Assembly (NCBI GenBank): GCA_043228905.1
Contig: JBHGNT010000005.1
Location: 14,322,001 to 14,386,000, forward strand
Direction: 5' to 3'
Length of the DNA stretch: 64,000 nt
DNA from: Azolla caroliniana
Taxonomy: Eukaryota > Plantae > Polypodiophyta
In this document: piece after piece, positions 24,629 through 38,731 of the stretch
Layout: each line of letters opens with the position of its first letter
How positions within the stretch are numbered: position 1 is the stretch's first letter
Position numbers and translations under genes: made by a program
The notes under the pieces: model-generated
Told to the model about the DNA's origin: nothing
Seen by the model: the letters and a program-made list of their open reading frames with translations, nothing else
Database searches by the model: none

Positions 24629-27600
24629 TCAATATTTTTTGAGCAACCTTTTAATGAGGAAGACTTGCATTAACGTCGGGATGAAGTCGCCAAAAATCTC
24701 CATAATGGTGCATTGAAACGTGGTTGGGGCGGTCTTTAGTCCAAACATCATTACCACAACTACAAAGACTTCCCATTCAGTTACGAAAGTAGTTTTTTCC
24801 TTATCCTCCAGGTGCATACGCATTTGGTTATACCCGTGAAACCCATCCAGAGAATTGTACATGGTGTGGCCTACGACTGCGTTTGTACACTATCCATAAA
24901 TGGCAAGGGAAATGCGTCGGTGATTGTGACTGCGTTTAACTTGCAGTAATCGACACATACCCGTATTTTTCCATTTTTCTTCGGTACGACCACTATTGGG
25001 CTAAGCCATGTCGCTTTTTTTACCAGCTTTCAAGAGCTTGTCAATTTCCTCTTTTACGTGTGCCACATAGTTTGGGTTCATGCGATAACGTCTTTGCTTA
25101 ACTGGTTTCGCATCCATGGCCAAGTTAATTTTGTGTTGGTAGAATTTTGGGTCTAACCCTTTCATGTCCTCATGCGACCATGCAAAGAAATCCTTAAACT
25201 TCTGTAGCAACTTATTCATGGCCCTTTTTTCTCTTGGCGTCAGGTCCTTTGTGATTGATACTAGCCTTGGTGCCTCGGTTGACCCTACATTGATATCCTG
25301 CAAAGTCGACGATGTGACTCTTCACGAGATCTCCATCTCTCTCTCAAATGCCTCTCGTGCTCTACTCAGCTCCAACATAGATTTAGGCTCTAGTTCGTAA
25401 TCGTCCTCGTTCGGCGTGCTCATTGAAATGTACTTGCTAGCGGCCTTGAGGAAGTCTATTTCAAATAACGATATTATCCATGGATTTTCGTCTAGGTACG
25501 CTTCGAGTTCCGTATCCTCCAATCCTTCTAGCATGTTAATTTCTTCAGCGTATAGCGGTGTTATCTCTTTCGTAGGTGCGGATGTCTCCTGTGTCGGTAC
25601 CGGGACCTTGTTTCGTCCTCGACAGAAGCTGATGCAGTTGTGTTGCCAGTTCTGCTTGATACTAGCATACCACAACCATGGTCTTCCTAACTAGATTGGA
25701 TATGCCCTTGGAGCGTCCAAAGCCAACACAATTGCAGAAATTTCAAAATTGTGTTGGCCAATTACAATCGCTTGCTTCTGGATCAACCCTAATGGTCTGA
25801 TGGAAGGAGTGTCTGCCATTCGGAGCCAAAATAGGCATGCCTCCCATTTTGTAATACCGAGGCGGTTACATGTCATTTTACTGATCACATTCACCCTGGA
25901 GCCACTGTCGACAATGCATCCCGTGATTTCCTACCCTTGTAGCACCACTAGATTCTGTATAGTTGGCCGAGATCTCTGGTTCATCCATGCCCCGCATCCG
26001 GTTTTCCATGGTCTGTTGAAATCGAGGGACGAGTCCTAGTAATTTATCCATGGTCAGTGTAATTTCGCATTCAGCTAGTGCTTGCCATATCAGGTCTGGC
26101 GTTAGGGACAAGCCTTCCATATGTGTGATAGTGGGGCTAGACTCTTACCGCATGCGTTCCACATTGGCTTCATTCTCCTTCTCTACCCAAGCATGTGCAG
26201 CTTTGCGGATTTCCTCTTGCTCCACCCAGTCCGAGTTTTTCGCCTTACTACGTGTGATTGTATGCACTACTGGCCCTTTCCCTTTATCGCACCATGGGCA
26301 CTGAATTGCGTTATGGCCCGGTTGTTGACAAACAAATCAGTGCACGTTGGACTCACTTTTTTCTACGACCGAGGCTGCAGTGGTCTCCACAGGTGTTGTC
26401 TGCTCTTCCTGAGTTCGCTGAAACCGCTTGTTGTTGTAGGGCTTTTGGCGATACTCTCGACGCCTATCCTCGCGTCGTTCCTCCTCCAATATGTCCTCGT
26501 TATTACGTTGGTTTGATGATTGGCGGTTACCCCCATACGTGCGGGGCTCTGCCTGTCCACCATGATTGTTGGTGGTACGCCGGGTATCATAGTGGCGCCC
26601 TCTCCAAGGATTGTAGCGGTCATTGCTCAGATACTCCTCTTCTTCCTGTTGCTTCTCTTCGGAATAAGGGTCGCCGTTCCGATGGTGACAGTTCGGCCTT
26701 CCCGCACGTTGATTCTGCTTCGTGTTACAGTAGCGCTCCTCCTGCCCGGCTTGGTCATTATGGCGGCAGTGTCTTTGCGGCTCTATACGGCGAACTGACG
26801 GTGTTGGCCTATTCAACATGTTATATTCGCACGGGTCCATTGTGTGTGCCCGGGAATGACAAATGGGGCAATGTATCCGCATATTACACTCTACCATTGA
26901 ATGCCCTGAGTTCAAGCAAATCGTGCATTGAATGGCCTGGCGAAAACGGTAGTCCTCGTCCCTAGGGAGTGCTTGTCGTAATGATGCCATAGAGAAACCC
27001 TCATCCTCCTCTTCTAGCTCAAGCTACAACACCCGTTCTATGACTGTATCTGCCATTTAACCCATGATATTTTGCGTATTTAACGTTGTTCGGAGGGTTC
27101 GACATAATGCCGCCAAAATTGCTTCTTTTGCCTCTTCCTTCGTCAGAGCGCGTGTCATCTGTCGTTGTAAACTCTAGAACCGCAAGTTGAAGTCAGCCAC
27201 GGATTCTTGCGGCAGCTATTTGATTGTATAAAACTGACCGATGATCTCGCGTTGGCAGATGCTTCGATGAAAGAAGTGTAAAAACGAGGATTAGAGTTGG
27301 TCGAAGAATACGAACGACGTGATGTCGAGCTGGGAATGCCTGCAGCTAGCTCGCCCATCAAGGGTTAACCCGAACTCTGCGATTTTTGATGCGTGGGCTC
27401 CCACTTTCGGAAGTTGTTGTGACATATGATTCACGTTCAAACATTGAGGAATGACGGAACGTGTCCCTCAGCGTCAGTATCTCCGCTGAAGCGAGGTTAT
27501 GAGAAAGCCATTCCGGTCGATAGACTAGCACCTGAGGGAGTATTGTCGACGCGATGTAGGGTTGTCTGCGAAGTGGTAGTTTGACTATACTAGTCCAGTG

Positions 27601-28288
27601 GAGATAGGATTTCCTGCCCAATGATGCTCTGTTTGGTGAGTGTCGATTCTAATGTATACTCCGAGCGAGACAGAACGCAGTCATTGAGATGTGGTTTTCG
27701 CGTAGCGCGTTCTTCCGCTTTTCTGGTGTAGGACCGGGTCTACGGTCGATCTTGTCGAGTTGGTTCTCGGTTGCCTCGGCGGTTGGACATCCATTCCCTG
27801 ATGCTCGGATATGAGCATCACAGATCACCAAGTGTGCCAAAAGTGTTACCGATTAGGAACACTGCCTACCCTCAGTCTAGAGTAGTATGTCTAGTCTCAA
27901 CATACTACACGGATAGAGCGTCACTAACTGTTTGCGAAGGTAAGGCGTTAACCCGATATGGCTACAACCGATTGTACGTTGCTGAACATGGATGCGCTAC
28001 TTACCCTAAAAATAGATACGCTTAGGAATGACACACAGACAGAGAATGAGCAACATAGAGATTAGAAAAGACAGTACGACTATATTAGATGGGTTATACT
28101 CCCAAAAAATTCTCCCCTTACAATGTTCCTATGCCCTTTATATACGCAAGGCATAGTCGGTTACGCTTCATGCGTGAACTGTTACATGCGTTACTTTAAT
28201 GCTTCGTTTATAATAACACACCTACCCCCCTAGCCCGTTTCTTTACTTCTCACCTTTTTTCTCATTAGTCCACTTCTGGCGAACAACA
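24629..28288 (-). mobile_element. Athila/Tat-like Ty3/gypsy, 5' LTR (28288-27844), PBS, degenerate gag-PR-RT, truncated in RT
   Basis: LTR TGTTGTTCGCC...GGTAACA, then TTTTGGCACACTTGGTG. gag AIQCTICLNSGH..CPICHSRAH. RT FAWSHEDMKGLDP and MMFGLKTAP. Confidence 0.9.
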
Positions 28289-28815
28289 CACTTAGAGGCA
28301 CATGCACATGTAGACTAACGGGAGTGCATGGAAGTAAGGTGGTAATTAGTAGAGGGCATGGTAGTGTGTGTGTGTGTGAAAATGAGGGGAGAGCGAGTTA
28401 AGGCCCCATGAATCTCTGCTCTTAAGAATAAGGCAAATATTCCCCTTTGAACAGAGTGAAAGATTTGGCCTCTCCTTTTGTAATGAGCCTCACCCCTTTA
28501 TACTATAAAAGGGGGTGAGGGGTCACCAATGAGGGGCTCACCATTTTGCCATTAGAGGTAGACTGTTAGGGTATTTCTTCTTCATCTTATCCCTATTTCC
28601 TTTTAGGGTTTTCATTTTGGTCATCATGGTAGTAGTTAGGAAAGTTTGGGGTTTCCTTCTCTCTCTTTAGTCATTATCATTTCTTCTATTTATGCTTGAG
28701 TCCGGCCTAATTGGCCACGGTTGTAAACATATAGTGGCATCGTGGCTTATAATGGAATTAGTTTCATAAACCTTGTCTCAGTCTACTTCTTGTCATGTTA
28801 ATCCTTCATACATTG
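28289..28815 (+). mobile_element. LTR fragment related to the 39300 LTR family (continues at 34242-34330 after the copia insertion)
   Basis: Shares CACATGTA, TATAAAAG..GAGGGGTCAC, TTAGGGT and GGCCAC..TTGTAA with 39300-39828. The U5 motif CTCCCTAGTCCAATACCC lies at ~34299. Confidence 0.6.
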
Positions 28816-31800
28816 TGTTAGGATACAGGTCCCTCCGGATGGGAAGTGAGAAGAACAGTGTTGATGAGCAAACTCGGCCGAGGCCGATAGGCCAAGGCCG
28901 AAACCGGATGTGGTGTACCCGGCAACGGAAGACCCGGTGAGAACCGGATGTGGAGTACCCGGCAACGGAAGACCCGGTGAGAACCGGATGACGAGTACCC
29001 GGCAAGAGCCGGATGGTGAAGGCCCGGTGAGAAGTGCTCACCGAATGAAGGGACATATTCGTAAATATGTTTTCTAAAAGTTCATCGGGGCTATATTTGT
29101 AAATAGCCAAAAAGTCATATTAGTATAAATATGACTTAGGGCAAACTTAGTGGTATTGTAGTTGTCATTCTTGTTGGTGCAAGATTTGAGTGCGTAGCTG
29201 TGTATAGAGAGTGAGAGAGGAAGAGGTCGTTGCCTCTGTTGTAACCGCCGCCTGTGGCGATGATAGCAAGCTTGAGGTTGTTGCCTCGGTGCTCTACTAT
29301 TGTACATTGTGATATAGTGATAGTTTGCAGTCTGTGGGCTGCCGTGGTTTTTCCCTAGTTTGGGTTTTCCACGTAAACATCCTGTGTACTTCTCTCTTCA
29401 CTGTGTCGTGCGTACATTACCCGTTTTCTGTGTTTGATCCTAGACTCGGTTGTGGCCGAGCGTTGAGCTTACGGAGCGTGTATTTCTGTCAAAGTGGTAT
29501 CAGAGTGAAACCACACAGAAAAATAGACGATTCGTTGGGAGGCATGTTCAACCAACTATTCGGTGTGGAAGTCGAAGATGAGGGACATGCTCGTGGTTAA
29601 AGATCTTTGGTTGCCGGTTCAGTTCGGGGACAAGAGACCGGACAAAATCGATGCCACGATATGGGAGGTGATGCACATGAAGAACGGCTTACATATGGTG
29701 CTTCATCGACATGAGTCTATACAACAACTTCAATGAAGAGAGCAAGGCTCATGAGCTCTAGGAGAAGATCGGCATTATGTTTCAAAACAAAAATGTTGTT
29801 AATCAGGTTTCGATATTTCGGAAGCTAGTAAGACTCCGGTACTAAGATGGCTCCAGCATGGCGGAGCACATGAATGCCTTCCAGGGGCTGATCCACCAGG
29901 CAACATCATTGGAAGTGCCTCTCGCTGATGAGGTACTAGCGTTACTCCTGCTCAGTTCCCTCCCAAATAGCTGGGAGACGTTGGTTGTCACTTTGGGCAA
30001 CGCCGGGCCGGAAGGGAAACGGTTATCCCTAGCAAGAGTGAAGTCGAGCTTGCTAGACGAGGAGGCGCGTTGGAAAGATAAGGATACGAGCTCCGACTCC
30101 AAAGCGCTCCTTATCGAATCGGAATGTGGAAGACAAAGGAACCGTAGCCCCTAAAACCGGGAAACCGACTCCAAAGTCAAGGGGGAGGCCTACTTGCTTC
30201 TATTGTGGCAAGCCAGGACACTTCTAGAAAAATTGTCATCACTTTCGAAAAGACAAGGAAACCGACGACATCGATTCGAAGCGGACATCGGACCAGAACG
30301 GTAAAGACCGGAGGGGAACGGACCGAAAGGGAACGACGACAATCGCGGCAAGTGAAGAAGAGTTGATGCTCATCACCGAGGAGAGTGAGCTAAACCTTTC
30401 CGGCGACGAGATGACATGGGTGGTCGACTCCGGAGCGTCGTTCCACCTTACCCCGGACCGGAAATGCTTCTCATCCTTCTCAGCCGGTGATCATGGCTGT
30501 GTCCGGATGGGGAATGAAGGTACATGCCGAATTGTCGGCATAGGAGACGTGTGGTTGAGAACACCAACCGGATGCAAGCTGCTGCTGAAGGATGTTCGAC
30601 ACGTTCCGGAGGTTCGTCTGAACCTGATATCAGCTGGTTGGCTAGATGATGAAGGCCTCATGGGTAGCATCCGGAACGGTGTTATGAAGTTCAGCAAAGG
30701 GAGCCTGATTGTGGCTCGGGCCCGGAAGGTCAACACGTTGTACTTGATGAATGCCCGGCTATGCCCGAAAGAAGTGAACGTGGCATCTAACACTGCCGGT
30801 GAGCTGTGGCACAAGAGGCTGTGTCACATGAGCGGGAAGGGGATGAAGAGGCTTGCAGACGACAACCTCATTCCAGTGAAGAACATGCACTTGGAGAAGT
30901 GCACTGATTGTCTGGGTGATAAACAAAATCGGACCTCCTTCCGATCGAGGCCACCGATGAGACGTAATGCACCACTGGAGTTGGTGCATACTTATGTATG
31001 TCAAGTGGACACAAAGTCACATGCCGGATCACAGTACTTCGTGATGTTCATAGATGACCACAGCCGGAAGCTGTGGGCCACACCGTTGAAGACGAAGGAT
31101 CAAGTGTTATCCGTCTTCAAAGAGCTCCACGCGAGAGTGGAAAGAGAAACCGGCCGGAAGCTGAAGGCGGTTCGAGCAGATAACAGAGGTGAATACCGGG
31201 GGCAGTTCGAGGAGTACTGTCGCTCGAAGGGAATCCGGCTCGAATTTACCGTGTCGAAGACGCCAGAACTAAACGGGTTGGCCGAGAGGATAAACCGGAT
31301 CATAATGGAGAGGGTCCGGAGTATGCTGGCGCATGCAAAATTACCCAAGAAGTTTTGGGCTAAGGCGCTATCGACAACAACGTATGTGATAAACAGATCA
31401 CCCTCAGTGCCCTTGGATGGAGACACACCGCTGAAGGTGTGGACCGGTAAGGAAGTGTCCTACCGGCATCTGAAGGTGTTCGGGTGTCTCGCGTACGTGC
31501 ATGTAGCTAAGGACCGGAGAGGAAAGTTGGATCGAAAGACCCGGCCATGCATATTCCTCGGTTACGGCGACGATGAGTTCGGCTACTGAGTGTGGGATCC
31601 GGTTGACAAGAAGGTATTCTGGAGTCGAGATATTATCTTCATGGAGGACAAGACGCTCGCCGACTGGGAGTCGGAGAAGAAGATAATGAACTCCGAGTTG
31701 ACCGATAAGGATCGATTCTACTATGAGCAGACCCAACCGACAAGAGACCGGTTAGCACTCGATGAACCAGCCGGTTATGGTGAGGATACCGAACCGGCAG

Positions 31801-34236
31801 AAGAAGAAGTAGAGGAAGCTGAAACCGAAACCGGCCAAGACCCCGAATCGGATTCCGATGAAGAGCAAATGGAGGAGCCGGTTACCAAAGCCCAAAGACG
31901 GAGATATCCTCTCCGAGAGAGAAGCCCCCCCCCCCCCCCAAGATTTCCGGATGTAGAGCATGTGTTGGTGACCGATGAGGGAGAGCCATAAAGCTTTGAA
32001 GAAGCGAAGGAAGACGCCCACAACTGCAAATGGTTAAGTGCCATGCAGGATAAGATGGATTCCCTGCATGAGAACCATACGTACGAATTGGTGGAGTTGT
32101 CGAAAGGAAAGCGGGCACTCCGAAACAAGTGGGTGTACAAATTGAAACCGGGAGATGCCGGCAACCCCCCGAGATACAAAGCCAGGATCGTGGTGAAGGG
32201 GTTCCAACAGAAGAAGGGTGTGGACTTCGACGAGATATTTGTCCCAGTAGTAAAGATGACCTCCATCAGGACGGTGTTGAGTATAGCGGCAAGCATGGAC
32301 CTCGAGGTTGAGCAGCTGGACGTGAAGACGACATTCCTTCACGGTGACCTCGAAGAGGAGATCTACATGCAGCAACCGGAAGGATTCATGGAGAAAGGGA
32401 AGGAGCACCTGGTTTGCCGGTTGAAGAAGAGCCTGTACGGACTGAAGCAGGCCGACAATGGTACCGGAAGTTCGACTCCTTCATGACCGATCAAGGGTAC
32501 CACAAGATGTAGGCCGATCACTGCGTGTTTGTGAAGAAGTTCGAAGGAGGCGACTTCCTGATACTCCTTCTGTACGTGGACGACATGTTGATCGTCGGAC
32601 GGGACTAAGCCAAAATTCGGATGCTGAAGAAGGCTCTCAACCGAACTTTCGCAATGAAAGACTTGGGTCCGGCAAGACAGATACTGGGGATGGACATAAT
32701 CCGGGACCGGTCAAAGAAGCAATTGTGGCTGTCACAGGAGAAATACATGACAAAGGTGCTTCAGCGGTTCAACATGTTAGAAGCGAAACCGGTCGGATCG
32801 ACACTTCCGGCAAACAGCAAGTTATCCGGTAAGCAAAGCCCGAAGATGAAGGCAGAGAAGGTGGATATGATGAAGGCTCCATATGCCTCTTCCGTCAGAA
32901 GCTTAATGTACGCAATGGTGTGTACTCGACCGGATATTGGATACGCAGTTGGAGTGGTGACCCGGTTTATGAGCAATCCCGGCAAGGAGCACTGGAATGT
33001 GGTCAAATGGATACTCCGGTACTTGAAGGGCACTTTGGATATGTGTCTCCGATTCGGCTCCGGTAAACCTCAACTTGACAATTTTACCGATTTGGACATG
33101 TCGGCTGATGTGGATACCAGCCGGTCTACATCCGGGTATGTAATGACATATGCAGGGGGAGCTGTTTCGTGGCAGTCGAGGCTGCAGAAGACGGTTGCAT
33201 TGTCGTCCACGGAGGCGGAGTACATGGCAGCTGTGGAAGCCGGCAAGGAAATATTATGGATGAAGGACTTCATCGGAGAGCTCGGTATCCGGCAAGATGC
33301 ATACCGGCTCTATTGCGATAGTCAAAGTGCCATCCGCCTTGCTAAGAACGTAGCATACCATTCCAAGATGAAGCACATCTAGCGTAGGTATCACTGGATC
33401 CGGGAGCGAGTAGAAGATCGAGAGTTCGCACTGACGAAGATCCACACGGCCAAGAACGGGTTAGATGTGCTAACAAAAGTACTGATACCTGACAAGCTGG
33501 ATGCATGTCGGAAGCGGATTGGACTAGTAAGACATCCCATGCCGGAGTGAAGGGGGAGTTTGTTAGGAAACAGGTTCCTCCGGATGGGAAGTGAGAAGAA
33601 CAGTGTTGATGAGCAAACTCGGCCGAGGCCGATAGGCCAAGGCCGAAACCGGATGTGGTGTACCCGGCAACGGAAGACCTGGTGAGAACCGGATGTGGAG
33701 TACCCGACAACGGAAGACCCGGTGAGAACCGGATGTGGAGTACCCGGCAAGAGCCGGATGGTGAAGGCTCGGTGAGAAGTGCTCACCGGATGAAGGGACA
33801 TATTCGTAAATATATTTTCTGAGAGTCCATCGGGGCTATATTTGTAGATAGCCAAAAAGTCATATTAGTATAAATATGACTTAGGGCAAACTTAGTGGTA
33901 TTGTAGTTGTCATTCTTGTTGGTGCAAGATTTGAGTGCGTAGCTGTGTATAGAGAGTGAGAGAGGAAGAGGTCGTTGCCTCTGTTGTAACCGCCGCCCGT
34001 GGCGAAGATAGCAAGCTCGAGATTGTTGCCTCGGTGCTCTACTATTGTACATTGTGATATAGTGATAGTTTGCAGTCTGTGGGCTGCCGTGGTCTTTCCC
34101 TAGTTTGGGTTTTCCATGTAAACATCCTGTGTACTCCTCTCTTCACTGTGTCGTGCGTACATTACCCATTTTCTGTGTTTGATCCTAGACTCGGTTGTGG
34201 CCGAGCGTTGTGCTTACGGAGCGTGTATTTCTATCA
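28816..34236 (+). mobile_element. Structurally complete Ty1/copia LTR retrotransposon (Tnt1/Tork-like), coding region inactivated
   Basis: 676-bp LTRs at 28816-29491 and 33561-34236 (TG...CA, ~23 differences counted by eye). 5-bp TSD CATTG. PBS TGGTATCAGAG at 29495. PPT GAAGGGGGAG before 33561. gag-PR (WVVDSGAS)-INT-RT (LYVDDML)-RH order, with stops and frameshifts. ~40-bp tandem repeats inside the LTR. Confidence 0.97.
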
Positions 34237-34794
34237 CATTGCTCCTCCCCTTTCTTGATCGAAAGCCCATGAGGTATAAACTCTCATCCCCCCCTTTACT
34301 CCCTAGTCCAATACCCTCATGGTCCAACTTCTTCTTCTTATCTTTCTTATTCAAGAAATGTAGCAAATTTCTCTCGTAACTATGGAGACCGTCAACAAGC
34401 AAGAATATATGCGTGTATTGTCTGAGCTCGACATGCTAACAACTAAGTTTGTGGCATTGTAGCAAGAAAATCAAAGACTGCTCGAGGACCTACAACAAGT
34501 AAGTTCTTAGAAAGTACAACAATATGAAGAGTTATCTCAACAGGTGCATCAATTGGAGACTACTCTACTGCAACGACAAGCGACAGTGTCGCAAAGATAT
34601 GACAAAGATACATGAACTTGAGGCAGGACCCCGAGGACTCCGATCAGAGGATACCATATTCGTACGTTTATGTTTTATGAATTAATCGAAATGAGAAAGT
34701 TTGGTAATTTTCTATTAACAAAGAAAAGAAAAATTACAACCTATCCCAAGATTGGGATTCAGAAGTTTTAGGTATACTGAGATTAATAGATAAG

Positions 34795-35120
34795 AAAAAT
34801 TAGGGTTTTTGAGAGATATGGTTTTCGTAAGGAAAATTAGGGTTTTTCGAGAGATATGGCTTCCGTAAGGAAAATTAGGGTTTTTCGAGAGATATGGCTT
34901 TTGTAACATAAATTAGGGTTTTTCGAGAGATATGGCTTCCGTAAGGAAAATTAAGGTTTTTCGAGAGATGGCTTCGATAAGAAAAAATTAGGGTTCAATC
35001 AAGAGATGGCATTGATAAGAATAAAATTAGGGTTCATTCGAGAGATGGCTACGATAAGAAAAAAGTAGGGTTTATTCGAGAGATGGCTTAGATAAGAAAC
35101 AAAAATAGGGTTAGGGTTTC
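34795..35120. repeat. ~38-bp tandem array containing TTAGGGTTT (telo-box-like) in the LTR; sister array at ~41122-41480, shorter inverted version at ~49735-49830
   Basis: Unit AAAATTAGGGTTTTTCGAGAGATATGGCTTCCGTAAGG repeats about 9-10 times with drift. Confidence 0.9.
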
Positions 35121-35327
35121 TAGAGATAGATTTTTCCTTCCCCTCTATGAGAAAAAACATTGCTCTCTCCTTCTCTCTTCAGTGATAGATTTCTCTCTTC
35201 CCTTTTGTCAAATCCCCCCCAAAATTATCGTTCTCCCCATTAATTGCATGTTACCACTTGAAGATACACTTGCATGAAGGAACTCCAGTTTGCATGCCTC
35301 CCACTTGGCGTTTTCTTTAGTTCCATC

Positions 35328-35828
35328 GACGTCACGTTTAGTTACAGCGTGCCACATAATGTTTACTTTTTAGTTGCATGAACTCCACTTTCAGTTACGG
35401 TCCGTGCACTAGCCTGGCCGTTCCGAACCCTTCTGATCGTCCCGACCTGCGACCGATCAGTGCATCTCGTGACCAACCCGCACGTTCCGAAATTGACGTC
35501 ACGTTTAGTTATAGCGTGCCACATAATGTTTACTTTTTAGTCGCATGAACTCCACGTTCAGTTACGGTCCGTGCACTAGCCTGGCCGTTCCGAACCCTTC
35601 TGATCGTCCCGACCTGCGACCGATCAGTGCATCTCGTGACCAACCCGCACGTTCCGAAATTGACGTCACGTTTAGTTATAGCGTGCCACATAATGTTTAC
35701 TTTTTAGTCGCATGAACTCCACGTTCAGTTACGGTCCGTGCACTAGCCTGGTCGTTCCGAACCCTTCTGATCGTCTCGACCTGCGACCGATTAGTGCATC
35801 TCGTGACCAACCCGCACGTTCTGAAATA
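35328..35828. repeat. 167-bp unit x3 tandem repeat inside the LTR
   Basis: GACGTCACGTTTAGTTA starts at 35328, 35495 and 35662. Confidence 0.93.
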
Positions 35829-37490
35829 GTTTCGATCAATTCATCTACACTCGTCCTTCTAGGGAATTCAGCCATATTTGTCCGTCCGAACACTTCCCCC
35901 AAATTACCCTAACTATTCTATGCTCCAAACACACAAATATGAAGTAATGGGTTCTTGGTCTGCTTATATAATGCTGGATCTGATGTTGTCTTATCTATGT
36001 GGGATATCTTACAATTATGTTTCCCCCCATCTTCCTAAACTTCATACTCACATAACTTGATACTTAGTTGTCTATTTCATATGTAGTAAAATTCATTCCG
36101 AAGCTCTTGAAGACGTCCATATAAAATAATTATGTCATTAAGCTAATCTAAAATAATTATTTCATTATTTTTTATATCGTGTCTGAAGAACCACACGACA
36201 TTCACCCCCACCAAACCTGCACATCTACTGGTATGTGCCAAGTGTGGTACCGAGTTACATCCGCCTAGTTGAAATCTTTAATCCTTGTCTGAATATTTTC
36301 CTTTCTTTATAACTTTACTATCTATGATGGAGATTGACCTTGAACCAGCTCATTGGCTCCTTTGATCTCTTCCAATGCCACCACGACCATTCTTTCCACC
36401 ATAGCCATGGAGACCATCCAAACCACCAAATCCTTCGTCTGAGCTTTGCATCGCCAAGACCGGTTGTCGTGGCCTCTTCCGCCTTCCCCAAGCATAACCC
36501 TTCAGGTACCATGCGTGTGTCGCTTTCATTCACCATTTTCATGGACAAGACACTTCAATCTTTCTTCTTCCGTCAATCCAAGCTTGTCTTTGTTAGGCCT
36601 CATCCAAACATCGACTTTGAGTACTCTTTGTAGCCCATGCTTTAAGTTCATGCTCACATTTAGGCCCTTAGACGACCAGATTGCATGTTTTCCACTTTGT
36701 CTTTTCTCATTGTATGCTCTCATGGAAGAGTTGACCATCGGTTGTTTGATCTTTGTAATGGTGTCTCCTTTCGAGTTGGATATTGTGATCAAATCCCAAG
36801 AAACGCCCTTCCAATTCACTTCGTTTGTTTGGCCCTCATCGTGCACCATTGTGCTTTGTTTGACCTCTTCATCATATGCATTAGCTTTGACCTTGCTTCC
36901 TCGCCTCCACCTTCCTTCTTTTGGTTGTTAATTTGGTTCGGGTATGTCTCTTCGGTGATGGCCCTTTCTTCACCGTCCGATATGTTCCCATCTACCATTG
37001 CCCAAGTCTCTTGAAATAATGGGGAGGAAGTCTCGGTACATTTGTCTTCCTCCTTCATTGTGTTGTCCATAGCCAGCTCTACCTCTAAGTCGTTATTCGT
37101 GGCCATCTCTTCAAACTCATGGGCCTCGTACCCATTGACCTTCTTGATCGAGCATGCCTCGATTATGCTTGCCTCTTCATCGTTCACATCGGCTTTAACC
37201 TTCGCTTCCTCATCTCCACCTTCCTTCTCTTGCATCTCACGTTGGCTTTTGGATGCAACTACCCAAGTCTCCGGAACATGTGTTAAGGAATTCTCATCTT
37301 TAACAACTTTTGACTTTTTCATGGTGTCCATAGCCATCTCCTTGGCTATCTCTCTGTCACACACATCAGCTTTGACCCTTGCTTCCTCGCCGCCATTGTC
37401 CTTCTCTTGGGTCATACATTGGTTAATACCCAAGTCTCTATAACGAGTGTGGACGGATCCATACGTTTTCGTAGTTTGTCTTTGTCGCGC

Positions 37491-38731
37491 TATCGTGAAG
37501 ATTTTCAGCAATGGTGTGAAAATTGCAAGGAACATACAAAATCGAGTGTGGTTCTTCACACACGATATGAAAAAATAATAGTAAAGATACTATTTTAGAT
37601 TAGTTTAATATCTTGGTACGAAAAGATGGATTTCTTCAACAGCTTCCGAATATACTTTATTACATTTGAAACGGACAACTAAATGTCAAGTTATGTGAAT
37701 GTGAAGTTTGAGAAGAAGAAGAGAAAAACAAAACTATGAGATATCCCACATAGATAGGATAAATCAGGATCCCACAGTATATAAGCAGAGCCAGAACTTA
37801 TTACTTTTTGTCTATGTGTGGAGCACAGAAAGTTCTTGCGCTAAACTGTGGCTTAACTACTTGTAATGGTTTTGGAGGACCGGACCGGACGGACAACGAC
37901 GGAACCGGAACCGGAACCAGACGGACAGCAATGGAACCAGACGGACGACGACAGAACCGGGATCGAAACAGGACGGATGGCGATGGAACCAGGACCAGAA
38001 CCGGAACCGGAACCGGATGGCGAGGAACCGAAACCGGAACGGCTGGACGGCGCCGAAGCGGAACCAGATGGGGATGGTGAGCGAACCGGGACCGGCACTG
38101 GATTGGATCACCGGACCGGATAGATGGATGGATCGAACAAGTTGATCACGACGATTTCAGTGTGAAACGAACAAAATCATCTAGACTAAAAAACCTAGTA
38201 AAAATTTATATACAAAGGGATGCAAGCAAGGTTTGAACCTTGCACCTCGAAGATAGATAGAAATGTTTTTTCTATCATTATACTTTCACGTGTAAATTCT
38301 CATATTAGAGCTTGAATGAGTGACATGGTTATCATGCATCACATGTAATGTATGAGCGCCAAATGGCAAACATGCATGACATGCTTTCCATGCATTGTAT
38401 GCATGTCTTGTACCCTCACATGTATCATATGTATGGGGGCATCTATAAAAGAGTGGATGAAAAAGATCAAAGGGGAGCTATGTATTAATCAAGAGTTTAA
38501 TAAGAAGAAAATTCGTTATCCAATTGAAGATATATGTTGTTCCTCAAATCTAAAGTCAAGGGTTCAATCTTAATCTCTCTCTCCATTTCAATCTCTCTCA
38601 ATCTAAAGTCAAGCGTTCTAATCTATCTTAAATCCTTTCTCGCTAAAGCTAGTGCAAACTTCGAATCCTTCCGTTCTAGGACCCCGGCGATTCCGCCTCA
38701 CGATCCGCACGTAGTGACAGATTTTTCACAA
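37491..38731 (+). mobile_element. Solo-type LTR of the Ylt1-like family, homologous to 50724-51743 (reverse)
   Basis: Starts T(A)TCGTGAAGATTTTC and ends ..CCGCCTCACGATCCGCACGTAGTGACAGATTTTTCACAA. Contains an ACCGGA-rich array (~37870-38130) and a degenerate tRNA-like cassette (~38219-38285). A matching TSD was not found. Confidence 0.8.

Noticed and set aside
34795-35120. CRISPR-like regularly spaced repeats
   Set aside because: Units are contiguous tandem copies with no unique spacers. They lie in a plant LTR and there are no cas genes.
37808-38123. EPEPEP/GTGTG ORFs as proteins
   Set aside because: They arise from ACCGGA repeats within an LTR and are open in several frames on both strands.
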